The notes under the pieces are model-generated. The model ran no database searches. It had not been told where the DNA came from and worked only from the letters and a program-made list of their open reading frames with translations. From positions 1 to 26,871 of the IMG/VR virus record IMGVR_UViG_3300032332_001057: 26,871 nt of DNA, one strand, 5' to 3'. The DNA is from a virus. Lineage: Duplodnaviria; Caudoviricetes. Below, one piece after another: positions 1-7,605 of the stretch (its first letter is position 1; each line of letters begins with the position of its first letter). The translations under genes were made by a program, and so were the position numbers.

Positions 1-3000
1 ATGTTCCAGACCCAAGAGGAGTCTGGAATGCCCGACGCCGAATGGGCCGCGTACAAGCAAATGCTTGAGGAGGCGCATCAGGCCGCGGTGACCGACCTGA
101 CCGCAGCGTCGATCCGTCAGATGCAGTGGCTTGGCAACGCGCAGTCACGCGTCATGCGCGAGATGCAGGCAAAGAACCGCGCGATCCGCAAGGACATCCG
201 AGACAAGGTCGAAGAGGAAGTGCGTGCGGAGCCCGTGTACCGCGCGATGGATTTCCTCAAGTACGGCGTGACCGTGTCCGAAAGCGGCGAGCGCGTTCCC
301 GTTGACACGCCTGCGAAACTCGATGTGCGCGCTGTGAAGGCAATCATCGGAGACGAGGCTGGCGCGAAACTCGGATACGGCAAGTACGGCATGCTTTCAA
401 AGGAAGGGCTTCCGCCCGACGTGGTTGCCGAGATGTTCGGCTTTGCCAGCGGCGAGGAGTTCGTCAAGGCGCTTGCGGCTGCAAGGAAGCCCAAGGAGGA
501 GATCGAGGCGCGCACCGACGCTCGCGTGCTGAAGGAGCACGGCGACCTCAACGATCCCGACAAGATGGAAGCCGCCGTCAACGCCGCGCTTCACAACGAG
601 GCGCGCGCTCGGTTCGTCGCGGTCGAACTGCGCTACCTCGCGAAGGCGACGCAGCCCGTTGCCACGATGGTCGCTGCGGCTCGCGACGCTGCTCGCGACC
701 ACATCAACAACCGCAAGATCAAGGACATCAAGGTCAACGAGTTCGTGAGCGCCGAGGCCCGTGCGGCTCGCGACGCGATGGGAACGGCTGGCGTGACTGT
801 CGATCCCGAGAAGACGGGCAGGACCGTGCGTACCCGCGTCTACAACAAGTCGATCGAGGCTGGACTAGACGAGGCCGCCGCGACGGCTGCCGCCGACAAG
901 GCGGGCGCGGAAGCACAGGCGCGCGCAGAAGAGCGTCTGAAGGCGCACAAGGCGAAGTACGGCGACCGTACCCCCGAGGAGGTTGCCCGTCGCGCCAAGC
1001 AGCAGCAGTTGTTCCAGAACCAACTGGCCGCCGAGGCGGGCAAGGTGAAGGACGAGATCAGCGCAGCCGTCAAGGACATGCGCAAGTTCTTTGGTCCCGA
1101 CGCGAAGATCGGCAAGTCGCGCGACATCGAGATGGTGATGGCTGCGCGCGCGATCCTTGCATCGTTCGGCTTCGGTCGTTCCGACAAGGCGCCGAGCGAA
1201 TACACCAAGCAGATCCAGGCTTTCAATCCAGAACTCTACGCCGCCCTTGAGCCGATCATCGAGCGCACGACGAAGGGCGCGCAGGACTACCGACAACTGA
1301 CGGTCAACGAGTTCCGAGCGTTGAAGGATGCCGTCGATGCGTTGTGGAACGACTCGCGGCGCGACAAGCAGATCGTCGTCGCTGGTCAGAAGATCGCCGT
1401 CGAGCAAGCGGTCGGGGAACTTGTCGGCAGGATGACCGAGATCGGCGTGCCCGAGACGCTGCCTGGACAGGCTCATGCTCCGACTCGTCGCGATCACATG
1501 ATGCGCACGCTGAACAGCGTGAAGAACATCATGCGACGAGTCGAGCATTGGTGCGATGCCGTTGACGGTCTTGGCAACGTCGGCGGTCCTTTCACCAAAT
1601 ATGTCTTCCGTCCTGTGGTCGATGCGCTCGACGCATACCGCGCCGATCGAACCAAGTACCTGACGAAATACGCCGAACTGTGCGCGACTGTCGAGTTGCC
1701 AAAGGGCAAGATTGCAGCGCCAGAGATCGGATACACGTTCGGCGCGGGAAGCGGAGGACAAGGCAAACTCGAACTGCTTGGCGCGATGCTGCACATGGGC
1801 AACGACAGCAACCTCCGCAAGTTGCTGCTTGGCCGCAAGTGGGGTGAACTCAACGACGAAGGCAATCTCGATTCGTCGCGTTGGTCCAAGTTCATCAACC
1901 GCATGGTTGCCGAAGGAACGCTGACGAAGAAGGATTTCGATTTCATCCAGGGCGTGTGGGATCTCACCGAGGAACTCAAGCCGATGGCGCAGAAGACCCA
2001 TCGCGACTTGTACGGGTTCTACTTCAAGGAGGTCGAGGCAACGCCGCTCAATACGCCGTTCGGCGCCTATCGCGGCGGATACGTCCCTGCCAAGGTCGAT
2101 CCGTTCATGGTGAAGGACGCGCAGCGCAACGCCAAGATGGATGCGCTCGAAAGCAACTTCAACCAGGTGATGCCGAGCACGGGGCTCGGATTCACCAAGT
2201 CGCGCGTCGAGTACAACGAGGCTCTTGCCCTCGACCTGCGCCTGATCGGCAAGCACATTGACGACGTGATCCGCTTCTCGCACGTTCAGCCTGCAATCAA
2301 GGACGTGCTGAAACTTCTCCGCAACAAGGAGTTCTCGGCGACGCTGTCGAAGATCGACCCGACGGCCATCGAGGCGATGCTGATCCCTTGGCTCAACCGC
2401 GCTGCAAAGCATTCCGCAGTGGAGCGCGGGCGGTCGGAGAAGATCGACAGGTTTTGGAGCACGGTGCGTTCCCGCACCAGCCTCATGTACATGTCGTTCA
2501 ACCTGCGGCAAATCGGCGACTTCGGAGGAATCTCCACATCGTTCCTCAAGGTCAACAGGAACGAGATGGCGTCCGCGCTCAAGCAGTATCTTTCCGACCC
2601 GCATCAGGTGGCGACCGAGATCGCGGACATGTCGCCCATGATGGACGAGCGCATGAACAACCAGATCAACGACACGCGCGAGCGTCTCGAAGAACTGATT
2701 GGAGACAGGGGGGTGTACGGAAAGACGCAGGCGTTCTTCCGTGCGCACGGCATGATCCTCAACACGGCGCTCCACAATCAGATGGACATCGTGACGTGGC
2801 TCGGCGCGTTCAACCAGGCGATGGCGGAGATCGGTGCAGGCGTCAACGACAAGGATGCGCAGCGAGAAGCCGTGTCTCGCGCAGATGCAGCCGTCCGACT
2901 CACGCAGGGCTCGATGCATCCCGAGGACGTGTCTGCGTTCGAGCAAGGCACTCCGTTCTACCGAACGATCACGCAGTTCACCACCTACCTCAACACGCTG

Positions 3001-3591
3001 GCGAATCTCAACGCGGACGAGTACGGAAAGATCATCCGCGACATGGGTATCCGCAAGGGCGCAGGCCGATTGGTGAAGGCGCACATCCTCGCGTACGCCG
3101 CTCCGATGATCATCTTCGGAATCTGGAACGACCTGATCAGCGGCGGATGGAACCTTGACGACGACGACTCGATGGCAGCGCACATGCTCGGAGTCCTGTT
3201 CGGCTCGTACTTCAGCGGAGGCATCGGAATGGTTCCGTTCGGCGCGCAGGTTCAGGGCGTCGGCGAGGCGGCGATCGCCAAGGCCGTCGGTGAATCGGTG
3301 ATCCCAGCCAAGGAGCACATCAACGTCAGCCCGAGCCTCAGCGCGCTTGAAGGAGCCGTGCTCGGCAGCGTCGATACAACCTACAAGGGCGTCGCTGGCA
3401 AGAAGATCACGGGCAAGAACATCAAGGACGTTCTCTCGCTCATCAGCCTGTACACGGGCATCCCGCTGACTCCCGTCGGAAAGACGATCGGATACGAGAT
3501 GGACGTTGAGAACAAGAAGATCCGACCGACCGACGACCTCGACTACATCCGCGGGCTCATCACGGGCTCGGCGAGCCCCGCTAGCAAGTAA
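1..3591 (+). CDS. Large internal virion / DNA-ejection protein, probably 5'-truncated by the window edge
   Basis: 1196-aa ORF with a helical, Ala/Lys/Glu-rich composition, directly upstream of the tail fibre as in podoviruses. The C-terminus has hydrophobic segments (LVKAHILAYAAPMIIFGIW; MLGVLFGSYFSGGIGMVPFG). The ORF is open at base 1. Confidence 0.65.
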   Translation: MFQTQEESGMPDAEWAAYKQMLEEAHQAAVTDLTAASIRQMQWLGNAQSRVMREMQAKNRAIRKDIRDKVEEEVRAEPVYRAMDFLKYGVTVSESGERVPVDTPAKLDVRAVKAIIGDEAGAKLGYGKYGMLSKEGLPPDVVAEMFGFASGEEFVKALAAARKPKEEIEARTDARVLKEHGDLNDPDKMEAAVNAALHNEARARFVAVELRYLAKATQPVATMVAAARDAARDHINNRKIKDIKVNEFVSAEARAARDAMGTAGVTVDPEKTGRTVRTRVYNKSIEAGLDEAAATAAADKAGAEAQARAEERLKAHKAKYGDRTPEEVARRAKQQQLFQNQLAAEAGKVKDEISAAVKDMRKFFGPDAKIGKSRDIEMVMAARAILASFGFGRSDKAPSEYTKQIQAFNPELYAALEPIIERTTKGAQDYRQLTVNEFRALKDAVDALWNDSRRDKQIVVAGQKIAVEQAVGELVGRMTEIGVPETLPGQAHAPTRRDHMMRTLNSVKNIMRRVEHWCDAVDGLGNVGGPFTKYVFRPVVDALDAYRADRTKYLTKYAELCATVELPKGKIAAPEIGYTFGAGSGGQGKLELLGAMLHMGNDSNLRKLLLGRKWGELNDEGNLDSSRWSKFINRMVAEGTLTKKDFDFIQGVWDLTEELKPMAQKTHRDLYGFYFKEVEATPLNTPFGAYRGGYVPAKVDPFMVKDAQRNAKMDALESNFNQVMPSTGLGFTKSRVEYNEALALDLRLIGKHIDDVIRFSHVQPAIKDVLKLLRNKEFSATLSKIDPTAIEAMLIPWLNRAAKHSAVERGRSEKIDRFWSTVRSRTSLMYMSFNLRQIGDFGGISTSFLKVNRNEMASALKQYLSDPHQVATEIADMSPMMDERMNNQINDTRERLEELIGDRGVYGKTQAFFRAHGMILNTALHNQMDIVTWLGAFNQAMAEIGAGVNDKDAQREAVSRADAAVRLTQGSMHPEDVSAFEQGTPFYRTITQFTTYLNTLANLNADEYGKIIRDMGIRKGAGRLVKAHILAYAAPMIIFGIWNDLISGGWNLDDDDSMAAHMLGVLFGSYFSGGIGMVPFGAQVQGVGEAAIAKAVGESVIPAKEHINVSPSLSALEGAVLGSVDTTYKGVAGKKITGKNIKDVLSLISLYTGIPLTPVGKTIGYEMDVENKKIRPTDDLDYIRGLITGSASPASK

Positions 3592-3609
3592 CCACACAAA
3601 GGCACCACC

Positions 3610-4776
3610 ATGACCATCAGCAGCACAACCCGATACTCGCAGGCCAACGGCAACGGCGTGACCCTGACGTTCCCGTTTGCGTTCAAGGTGTTCCAGACGA
3701 CCGACCTCGTCGTGTACTCGACCGTGATCGCCACGGGCGTGGACACGCTGCTGACGTTGAACACCGACTACACCGTGTCGTTGAACGCCGATCAGAACTA
3801 CAACCCAGGCGGCAACATCGTGTTCTACGTCGCGCCTGCCTCGACCGTGAAACTCACGATCTCGTCGGCCGTTCCGAACCTACAGCCGACCGACCTGTCG
3901 AACCAAGGCGGCTTCTACCCCGATGTCATCAACGATTCGTTCGACCGCTCGACCATTCAGATCCAACAGGTCAGCAACCTCAACGCACGCGGGCTCGTGA
4001 CTCCGATCTCCGACGGCGTGAGCACGAACCTGACTCTGCCGAGCATCGCCAACCGCGCGAACAAGTACCTTGCGTTTGACGCGAGCGGCGTGCCGATGGG
4101 GGCGACGGGCACGAACACCCCAGGCGTGTCGTTCCCTGGCAACGTGGAACTGACGGCCAACAACGGCGGCAGCAACGTGGCGCGCGACCTCGTGTTCTAC
4201 GACAACACGACCGAGCGCATGCGCCTGCTCGGCGCAACGGGTCGGCTCGGCATCGGCACTGCGTCTCCGTCGGCGGCGCTTGATGTCGTCGGGTCGGCCA
4301 ACGTGAGCGGCACCGTGACGGCGGCAACGCTGTCCGTCACCAATGCCCTAGTGTCCGCGGCGATGGCGTCGGGGTCTGTGCTTCAGGTCGTGTCTGCCAG
4401 CACGACCACGACCTACGCGTTGACGACTTCCTACGGTGCGACATCGCTTGCCGTCACGATCACGCCAAAGCGCAGCACGAGCACGATCTACCTGATCGCG
4501 TCGGCGTCGTTCTACAACGCAACCTCTGGTGCGGTCATCGACGCAAAGTTTGTGCGCACGGCTGGAACGCTCGATGTCGGCGAGCATCTTGGCATTCTCA
4601 CTCAAACGGGAACTACTCCGTCGGTGAAAGCCAACGTGATGATGCTTGCGTCCGATGCGCCTGCCACCACGTCCGCGACGACGTACACGCTGCACGCAAA
4701 GACCAGCGCAACGGTCTGCGAGTTCAGCCGCTCATCGTCGCGTTCGACGATGTTCGCCATCGAGGTTGCCACTTGA
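3610..4776 (+). CDS. Tail fibre / receptor-binding protein
   Basis: N-terminus MTISSTTR..GNGVTLTFPFAFKVF..DLVV..LTLNTDYTV is a typical podovirus fibre attachment domain. The middle has a TERMRL..GRLGIGTASPSAALDVVG fibre motif. The C-terminus is a beta-rich GSVLQVVS..VTITPK..MFAIEV domain. Confidence 0.8.
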   Translation: MTISSTTRYSQANGNGVTLTFPFAFKVFQTTDLVVYSTVIATGVDTLLTLNTDYTVSLNADQNYNPGGNIVFYVAPASTVKLTISSAVPNLQPTDLSNQGGFYPDVINDSFDRSTIQIQQVSNLNARGLVTPISDGVSTNLTLPSIANRANKYLAFDASGVPMGATGTNTPGVSFPGNVELTANNGGSNVARDLVFYDNTTERMRLLGATGRLGIGTASPSAALDVVGSANVSGTVTAATLSVTNALVSAAMASGSVLQVVSASTTTTYALTTSYGATSLAVTITPKRSTSTIYLIASASFYNATSGAVIDAKFVRTAGTLDVGEHLGILTQTGTTPSVKANVMMLASDAPATTSATTYTLHAKTSATVCEFSRSSSRSTMFAIEVAT

Positions 4777-5249
4777 TCCGAATCGGGCACAACTCGGGCA
4801 GCGTGATCAAGACGACGCCGACGACGGCGATCAGGTCATGCATCGACTCGTGCTTCGTGCCCTACAAGACGACGGTCACGCCGTCTCTATCGTTCCTGAC
4901 CCCGTACCTGTTCGTGTCGCTTGGCTCGACCGAGTGGGTGCGCACGCTCGGATTCGAGTGGGGCGTGCTGCTGTCGTTCGAGAACTCGTACAACTCCGAC
5001 TACACGGTGTCGATTTCGTACGGGGCTGGCACGGGTGTAGGGCAGTACACCACCATTCCCGCCACCCCTGCGGGCGTGGGGGGTAACGGCATCACGACGT
5101 TCTTCATGCAGCCTGGTTGGTACATGCGGTTCACCTTCATCGACGGATTGGATCAGGGCGCACCGCAGTCACCGTTTACGATTCGCAACGTGTCCGACGG
5201 CAACGTCGTTCTAGCCGTCATCCAGGTCGAGATCATCCAACCCGTTTGA
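4773..5249 (+). CDS. Hypothetical beta-rich protein, probable tail accessory
   Basis: TTGA start/stop overlap with the fibre gene; Thr/Ser/Gly/aromatic-rich; fills the gap in the operon. Confidence 0.55.
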   Translation: MIRIGHNSGSVIKTTPTTAIRSCIDSCFVPYKTTVTPSLSFLTPYLFVSLGSTEWVRTLGFEWGVLLSFENSYNSDYTVSISYGAGTGVGQYTTIPATPAGVGGNGITTFFMQPGWYMRFTFIDGLDQGAPQSPFTIRNVSDGNVVLAVIQVEIIQPV

Positions 5250-5256
5250 GGCGCTC

Positions 5257-5568
5257 ATGGCAGTCAATTCGCAGGCAACCATTACCGCGGCCAATACGTT
5301 CACCACGCCGCTTCAGATCGTCGGGTGGTACAACGTGTCGGTCTGGCTGCCCTCGGGCGCCACGGGCAGCCTAGGCGGCTCTACGGTCACCGTGCAGCGG
5401 TCGTTCGATTCGGGCGCGACGTGGCGCGACCTGAAGCAGTGGCAGGTCACTGCCGAGGAGTACGGCTTCGAGTGCGAGGGCGCCTTGATCCGCATAGGTT
5501 GCAAGACGGCAAACTACACCGCGAGCGTGAACGTGCGGATCGGGCACGAGGGCGGCATGACGAAATGA
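5257..5568 (+). CDS. Small beta-rich putative virion protein with Asp-box motif
   Basis: GAGG RBS upstream; contains VTVQRSFDSGATW (SxDxGxTW Asp-box). Confidence 0.65.
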   Translation: MAVNSQATITAANTFTTPLQIVGWYNVSVWLPSGATGSLGGSTVTVQRSFDSGATWRDLKQWQVTAEEYGFECEGALIRIGCKTANYTASVNVRIGHEGGMTK

Positions 5569-5581
5569 TCTACGGCGGCGG

Positions 5582-5609
5582 TTGAGCCGTTCAAGAAACC
5601 GCATAAACT
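5582..5609 (+). promoter_or_regulatory. Possible sigma70-like promoter for the lysis cassette
   Basis: TTGAGC-16 bp-TAAACT, 21 bp upstream of the ATG at 5631. Confidence 0.35.
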
Positions 5610-5630
5610 TGCGGCACAGGAATCAACCCC

Positions 5631-5813
5631 ATGAGCATCGAGGCCGTCGCAGCCGCCCTGACCATCATCGCTACCATCGTCAGCACGACCATGATCGTGG
5701 TCAACAAGATGACCAAACTTGAAGTCTTGATCGCTGAACTGCGTGTGCAGGTCGCTGCGTTCGAGACTCGCATCGCCCGCCTTGAGCGGGCAGAGGAGAG
5801 CAACAATGGATAG
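5631..5813 (+). CDS. Small membrane protein (1 TM + coiled coil), holin-associated
   Basis: N-terminal hydrophobic helix AVAAALTIIATIVSTTMIVV followed by heptad-like LEVLIAELRVQVAAFETRIARLE; first gene of the lysis cassette. Confidence 0.6.
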   Translation: MSIEAVAAALTIIATIVSTTMIVVNKMTKLEVLIAELRVQVAAFETRIARLERAEESNNG

Positions 5814-5994
5814 CGTGAAGCCTGGCTACAAGACTTCGGAGTTCTGGCTGTCGATGGGTGCGCTCATCGTCGGCGCCCTGTTTGCGTCGGGCGTGTTCCC
5901 TGCCGAGAGCGGCGGCGAGAAGGTGCTCGGCCTTGCGGCGACCGTACTGACCACGCTTGGCTACACGGTGTCGCGCTCGATCGTGAAGCGTTGA
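5806..5994 (+). CDS. Putative holin (62 aa, 2 TM)
   Basis: GAGGAG RBS before ATG 5806. MDSVKPGYKTSEFWL followed by two hydrophobic segments and a basic C-terminus (SRSIVKR). Confidence 0.65.
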   Translation: MDSVKPGYKTSEFWLSMGALIVGALFASGVFPAESGGEKVLGLAATVLTTLGYTVSRSIVKR

Positions 5995-6033
5995 CATGGT
6001 TGGCGCCGACTACGACGACTTCATGGAGGAACG

Positions 6034-6234
6034 ATGCTCGACCGCATCATCGCTGCCATCGCGCTTGCGCTCGTGGATTACCTCGCTGGCCGCGTGGAGC
6101 GTGGGCGCGTGGCCATTGATGCGCTACCTGATCCCGATCGGCTTCACCGCGCTGGTGATCGCATTCGCGAGTGGGTGCGGGCGAACGGTACTCGTGTCGG
6201 AGGGCAGTCCGATTCGGATCGGCCCGTCGGCTAA
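6034..6234 (+). CDS. Putative i-spanin (Rz-like)
   Basis: GGAGGA RBS; N-terminal anchor MLDRIIAAIALALVDYLA followed by a charged helical region; overlapped by a lipoprotein ORF in another frame. Confidence 0.5.
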   Translation: MLDRIIAAIALALVDYLAGRVERGRVAIDALPDPDRLHRAGDRIREWVRANGTRVGGQSDSDRPVG

Positions 6235-6340
6235 GGCGCGCGTGTACGCGATGGTCGATGGCGAGTGGCAACTGTCGCAGAATGCCGTGGCGATTCCCGA
6301 GGGTTGGTACGTCGTCAGCCCGTCGTTCGTAGACAAGTGA
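6119..6340 (+). CDS. Putative o-spanin lipoprotein (Rz1-like)
   Basis: From ATG 6119: signal peptide MRYLIPIGFTALVIAFASG-C with a lipobox Cys; starts inside the i-spanin candidate in the +1 frame. Confidence 0.6.
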   Translation: MRYLIPIGFTALVIAFASGCGRTVLVSEGSPIRIGPSAKARVYAMVDGEWQLSQNAVAIPEGWYVVSPSFVDK

Positions 6341-6347
6341 GCACGCC

Positions 6348-6521
6348 ATGATGATCCCACTTTCCGAGCAGGTGTTCGTCCCGCTGCACCGCGTCGAGAG
6401 AATCTCGTTCTTTGCGGAGCACGCCATCGTCAAGTTCACCGACGACCGCACCGTCGAGAAGATCGACGGCGAGGACGCCCAGCGCCTGCGCGAGTACTTG
6501 CGCGACCGTTGCGGGCTCTGA
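6348..6521 (+). CDS. Hypothetical protein (57 aa, not in the ORF track)
   Basis: Manual translation MMIPLSEQVFVPLHRVERISFFAEHAIVKFTDDRTVEKIDGEDAQRLREYLRDRCGL; typical codon usage; ends at the terminator. Confidence 0.6.
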   Translation: MMIPLSEQVFVPLHRVERISFFAEHAIVKFTDDRTVEKIDGEDAQRLREYLRDRCGL

Positions 6522-6570
6522 CAAACGAAAGCGGGGCGCACGCTGCATGCCGTGCGCCCCGCGGGTTTGT
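6521..6570. terminator. Probably bidirectional intrinsic terminator between convergent genes
   Basis: Perfect 12-bp stem GCGGGGCGCACG (6531-6542) / CGTGCGCCCCGC (6551-6562), flanked by ACAAACGAAA and GGGTTTGT. Confidence 0.7.
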
Positions 6571-6580
6571 CGTCGTTCGA

Positions 6581-6967
6581 TCACTTCATCAGGTCGCTGA
6601 GGACAGGCGCGCCGTACTTGCCGCTGCGCGCTGCCTGCTGCACCTTCGCAGACGAGACTTCACGCATCATTGCGTACGCGCGCAGCCGCGCGCTAGCACG
6701 AAGGCTGTGCAGCAGTTCCGCCGTCTCGACGCTGATCGCCTGGATCTCGACCGAGAAGATGATGCACGACCGAAGCGCGCGGTGCAGGCGCTCGATCGGT
6801 TCGCCGCCTTCGAGGGCTGCTTGAAGCGGGTCGCTGTCGGCGAGCGCGTCGGCCCGAGCAAGCAGGTTGGCGAGCGCGACATTCGATTCGGCGAAGTCTC
6901 GAAGCGGGTCGGCGATCGAGCGGTAGTCGGCGGTGAGTTCGGCGATCTGACGGTTGTTCTTGGCCAT
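6581..6967 (-). CDS. Hypothetical helical protein; the only clear reverse-strand gene
   Basis: 128 aa; preceded on the minus strand by a GGAGTAGAAC RBS, a leader hairpin and a conserved promoter. Confidence 0.75.
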   Translation of the reverse strand: MAKNNRQIAELTADYRSIADPLRDFAESNVALANLLARADALADSDPLQAALEGGEPIERLHRALRSCIIFSVEIQAISVETAELLHSLRASARLRAYAMMREVSSAKVQQAARSGKYGAPVLSDLMK

Positions 6968-7012
6968 GTTCTACTCCGTTGGTTGTGGTCGAGCGACATG
7001 CCCGACCTGCGT

Positions 7013-7041
7013 AGTCTACCCTACATCGGCGCAGAGTGCAA
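7013..7041 (-). promoter_or_regulatory. Conserved phage promoter (leftward copy)
   Basis: Minus strand reads TTGCAC-tctgcgccgatgtaggg (17)-TAGACT, then hairpin GGTCGGGC-atgtc-GCTCGACC and GGAGTAGAAC-ATG. Confidence 0.75.
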
Positions 7042-7080
7042 GTCGTCTTGAGAAGATTTTCCAAGATCGTCGTCGTCGGC

Positions 7081-7320
7081 CTGCTCCGCAGTTCGTTTGG
7101 TGAGCAGCAGGAAGACCATGACCCTGCGAAAGCAGGGCCATGTGTTCAGCCCGATCGGAGCCGCACGAGGTTTCCCTTTGCCGATGCTTTCACCATTTCG
7201 CTGGGTGGTGCCAGCCGCCTCTGCATCGGGAGAGCGCGCGGAGGAATCCGCGGCGTGCGCTAGGGTCAAGACGCACGACTAAACCACTCTCCACCTACAG
7301 CGGCGTGGAGAACTCCGACA
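7081..7320. other. Hairpin-dense non-coding segment (structured RNA or origin)
   Basis: Stems: CTGCTC/GAGCAG (7081/7102); CCCTGC-GAAA-GCAGGG (7122-7137); CCGATGC/GCATCGG (7181/7223); CGCGGA-GGAA-TCCGCG (7237-7252); CGTGCG/CGCACG (7254/7272); TCTCCAC/GTGGAGA (7288/7305); possible long-range TCGGAG/CTCCGA (7155/7313). No convincing ORF. Confidence 0.5.
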
Positions 7321-7323
7321 GTC

Positions 7324-7352
7324 TTGCGGCGCACCGCTTGTTGCGTTAGACT
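7324..7352 (+). promoter_or_regulatory. Putative rightward promoter of a small RNA
   Basis: TTGCGG-17 bp-TAGACT; same -10 hexamer as the 7013 promoter. Confidence 0.5.
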
Positions 7353-7358
7353 GCGAAC

Positions 7359-7452
7359 GCTCGGGTCTTGCAACCTGCACGATACGCGTTCAGCGCGGTT
7401 CGCGCAAGAGCCCCCGCCGCAGGCGCACCCGCCCTGCGGCGGTTTTATTTTT
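7359..7452 (+). ncRNA. Putative ~95-nt small RNA, antisense to a leftward transcript
   Basis: Lies between the 7324 promoter and the 7414-7452 terminator; folds GGGTCTTGC/GCAAGAGCCC plus the terminator hairpin; no credible coding sequence. Confidence 0.45.
7414..7452 (+). terminator. Intrinsic terminator
   Basis: CCGCCGCAGG (7414-7423) / CCTGCGGCGG (7433-7442) followed by TTTTATTTTT. Confidence 0.75.
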
Positions 7453-7453
7453 G

Positions 7454-7500
7454 CCCATAAACAAACCGCGCGCGATCGGGCCGCGCGCGGTCTGCATGGG
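7454..7500 (-). terminator. Long hairpin; possible attenuator/terminator on the leftward transcript
   Basis: ACCGCGCGCG (7465-7474) / CGCGCGCGGT (7482-7491), extended by CCCAT/ATGGG; followed by TTGTTT on the minus strand. Confidence 0.5.
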
Positions 7501-7515
7501 GGAAAAGATGCAGCC

Positions 7516-7543
7516 ATTGTAGGCGGTGATTTTTCCAAGTCAA
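7516..7543 (-). promoter_or_regulatory. Leftward sigma70-like promoter firing into the non-coding region
   Basis: Minus strand TTGACT-16 bp-TACAAT (near consensus); no credible ORF downstream. Confidence 0.6.
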
Positions 7544-7555
7544 GTGCAATACACC

Positions 7556-7584
7556 TTGCACCCTAGCATTCCGATATGTATCCT
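7556..7584 (+). promoter_or_regulatory. Conserved phage promoter for the regulator/methylase operon
   Basis: TTGCAC-cctagcattccgatatg (17)-TATCCT; the -35 is one arm of GTGCAA-N6-TTGCAC (7544-7561). Confidence 0.7.
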
Positions 7585-7605
7585 ACGCGCACAAGGAGCA
7601 AGACC

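Noticed and set aside
865-3597. 910-aa minus-strand ORF
   Set aside because: Antisense shadow of the large virion gene caused by GC-rich codon bias; no RBS or motifs.
3610-5568. Diversity-generating retroelement, expected from the BPP-1-like head genes
   Set aside because: No reverse transcriptase or Avd, and no adenine-mismatched TR/VR repeat pair seen in the window.
5565-5585. Micro-ORF MIYGGG overlapping the 5257-5568 stop (ATGA)
   Set aside because: Only six codons; could be chance or a deletion remnant, and cannot be supported.
7150-7245. Short strings reminiscent of ColE1 ori sequence (GCACGAGG, GGAGAGCGC, GCC.CCTCTG)
   Set aside because: Matches are only 8-10 nt, recalled from memory and not colinear. 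They are not evidence of homology; only the architectural analogy is reported.
7021-7566. Short ORFs in the structured region (7021-7269, 7036-7263, 7097-7282, 7266-7538, 7324-7566)
   Set aside because: Atypical composition, no motifs, and they cross promoters or terminators. A 54-codon ORF from ATG 7118 has a weak AGGA upstream and cannot be fully excluded.
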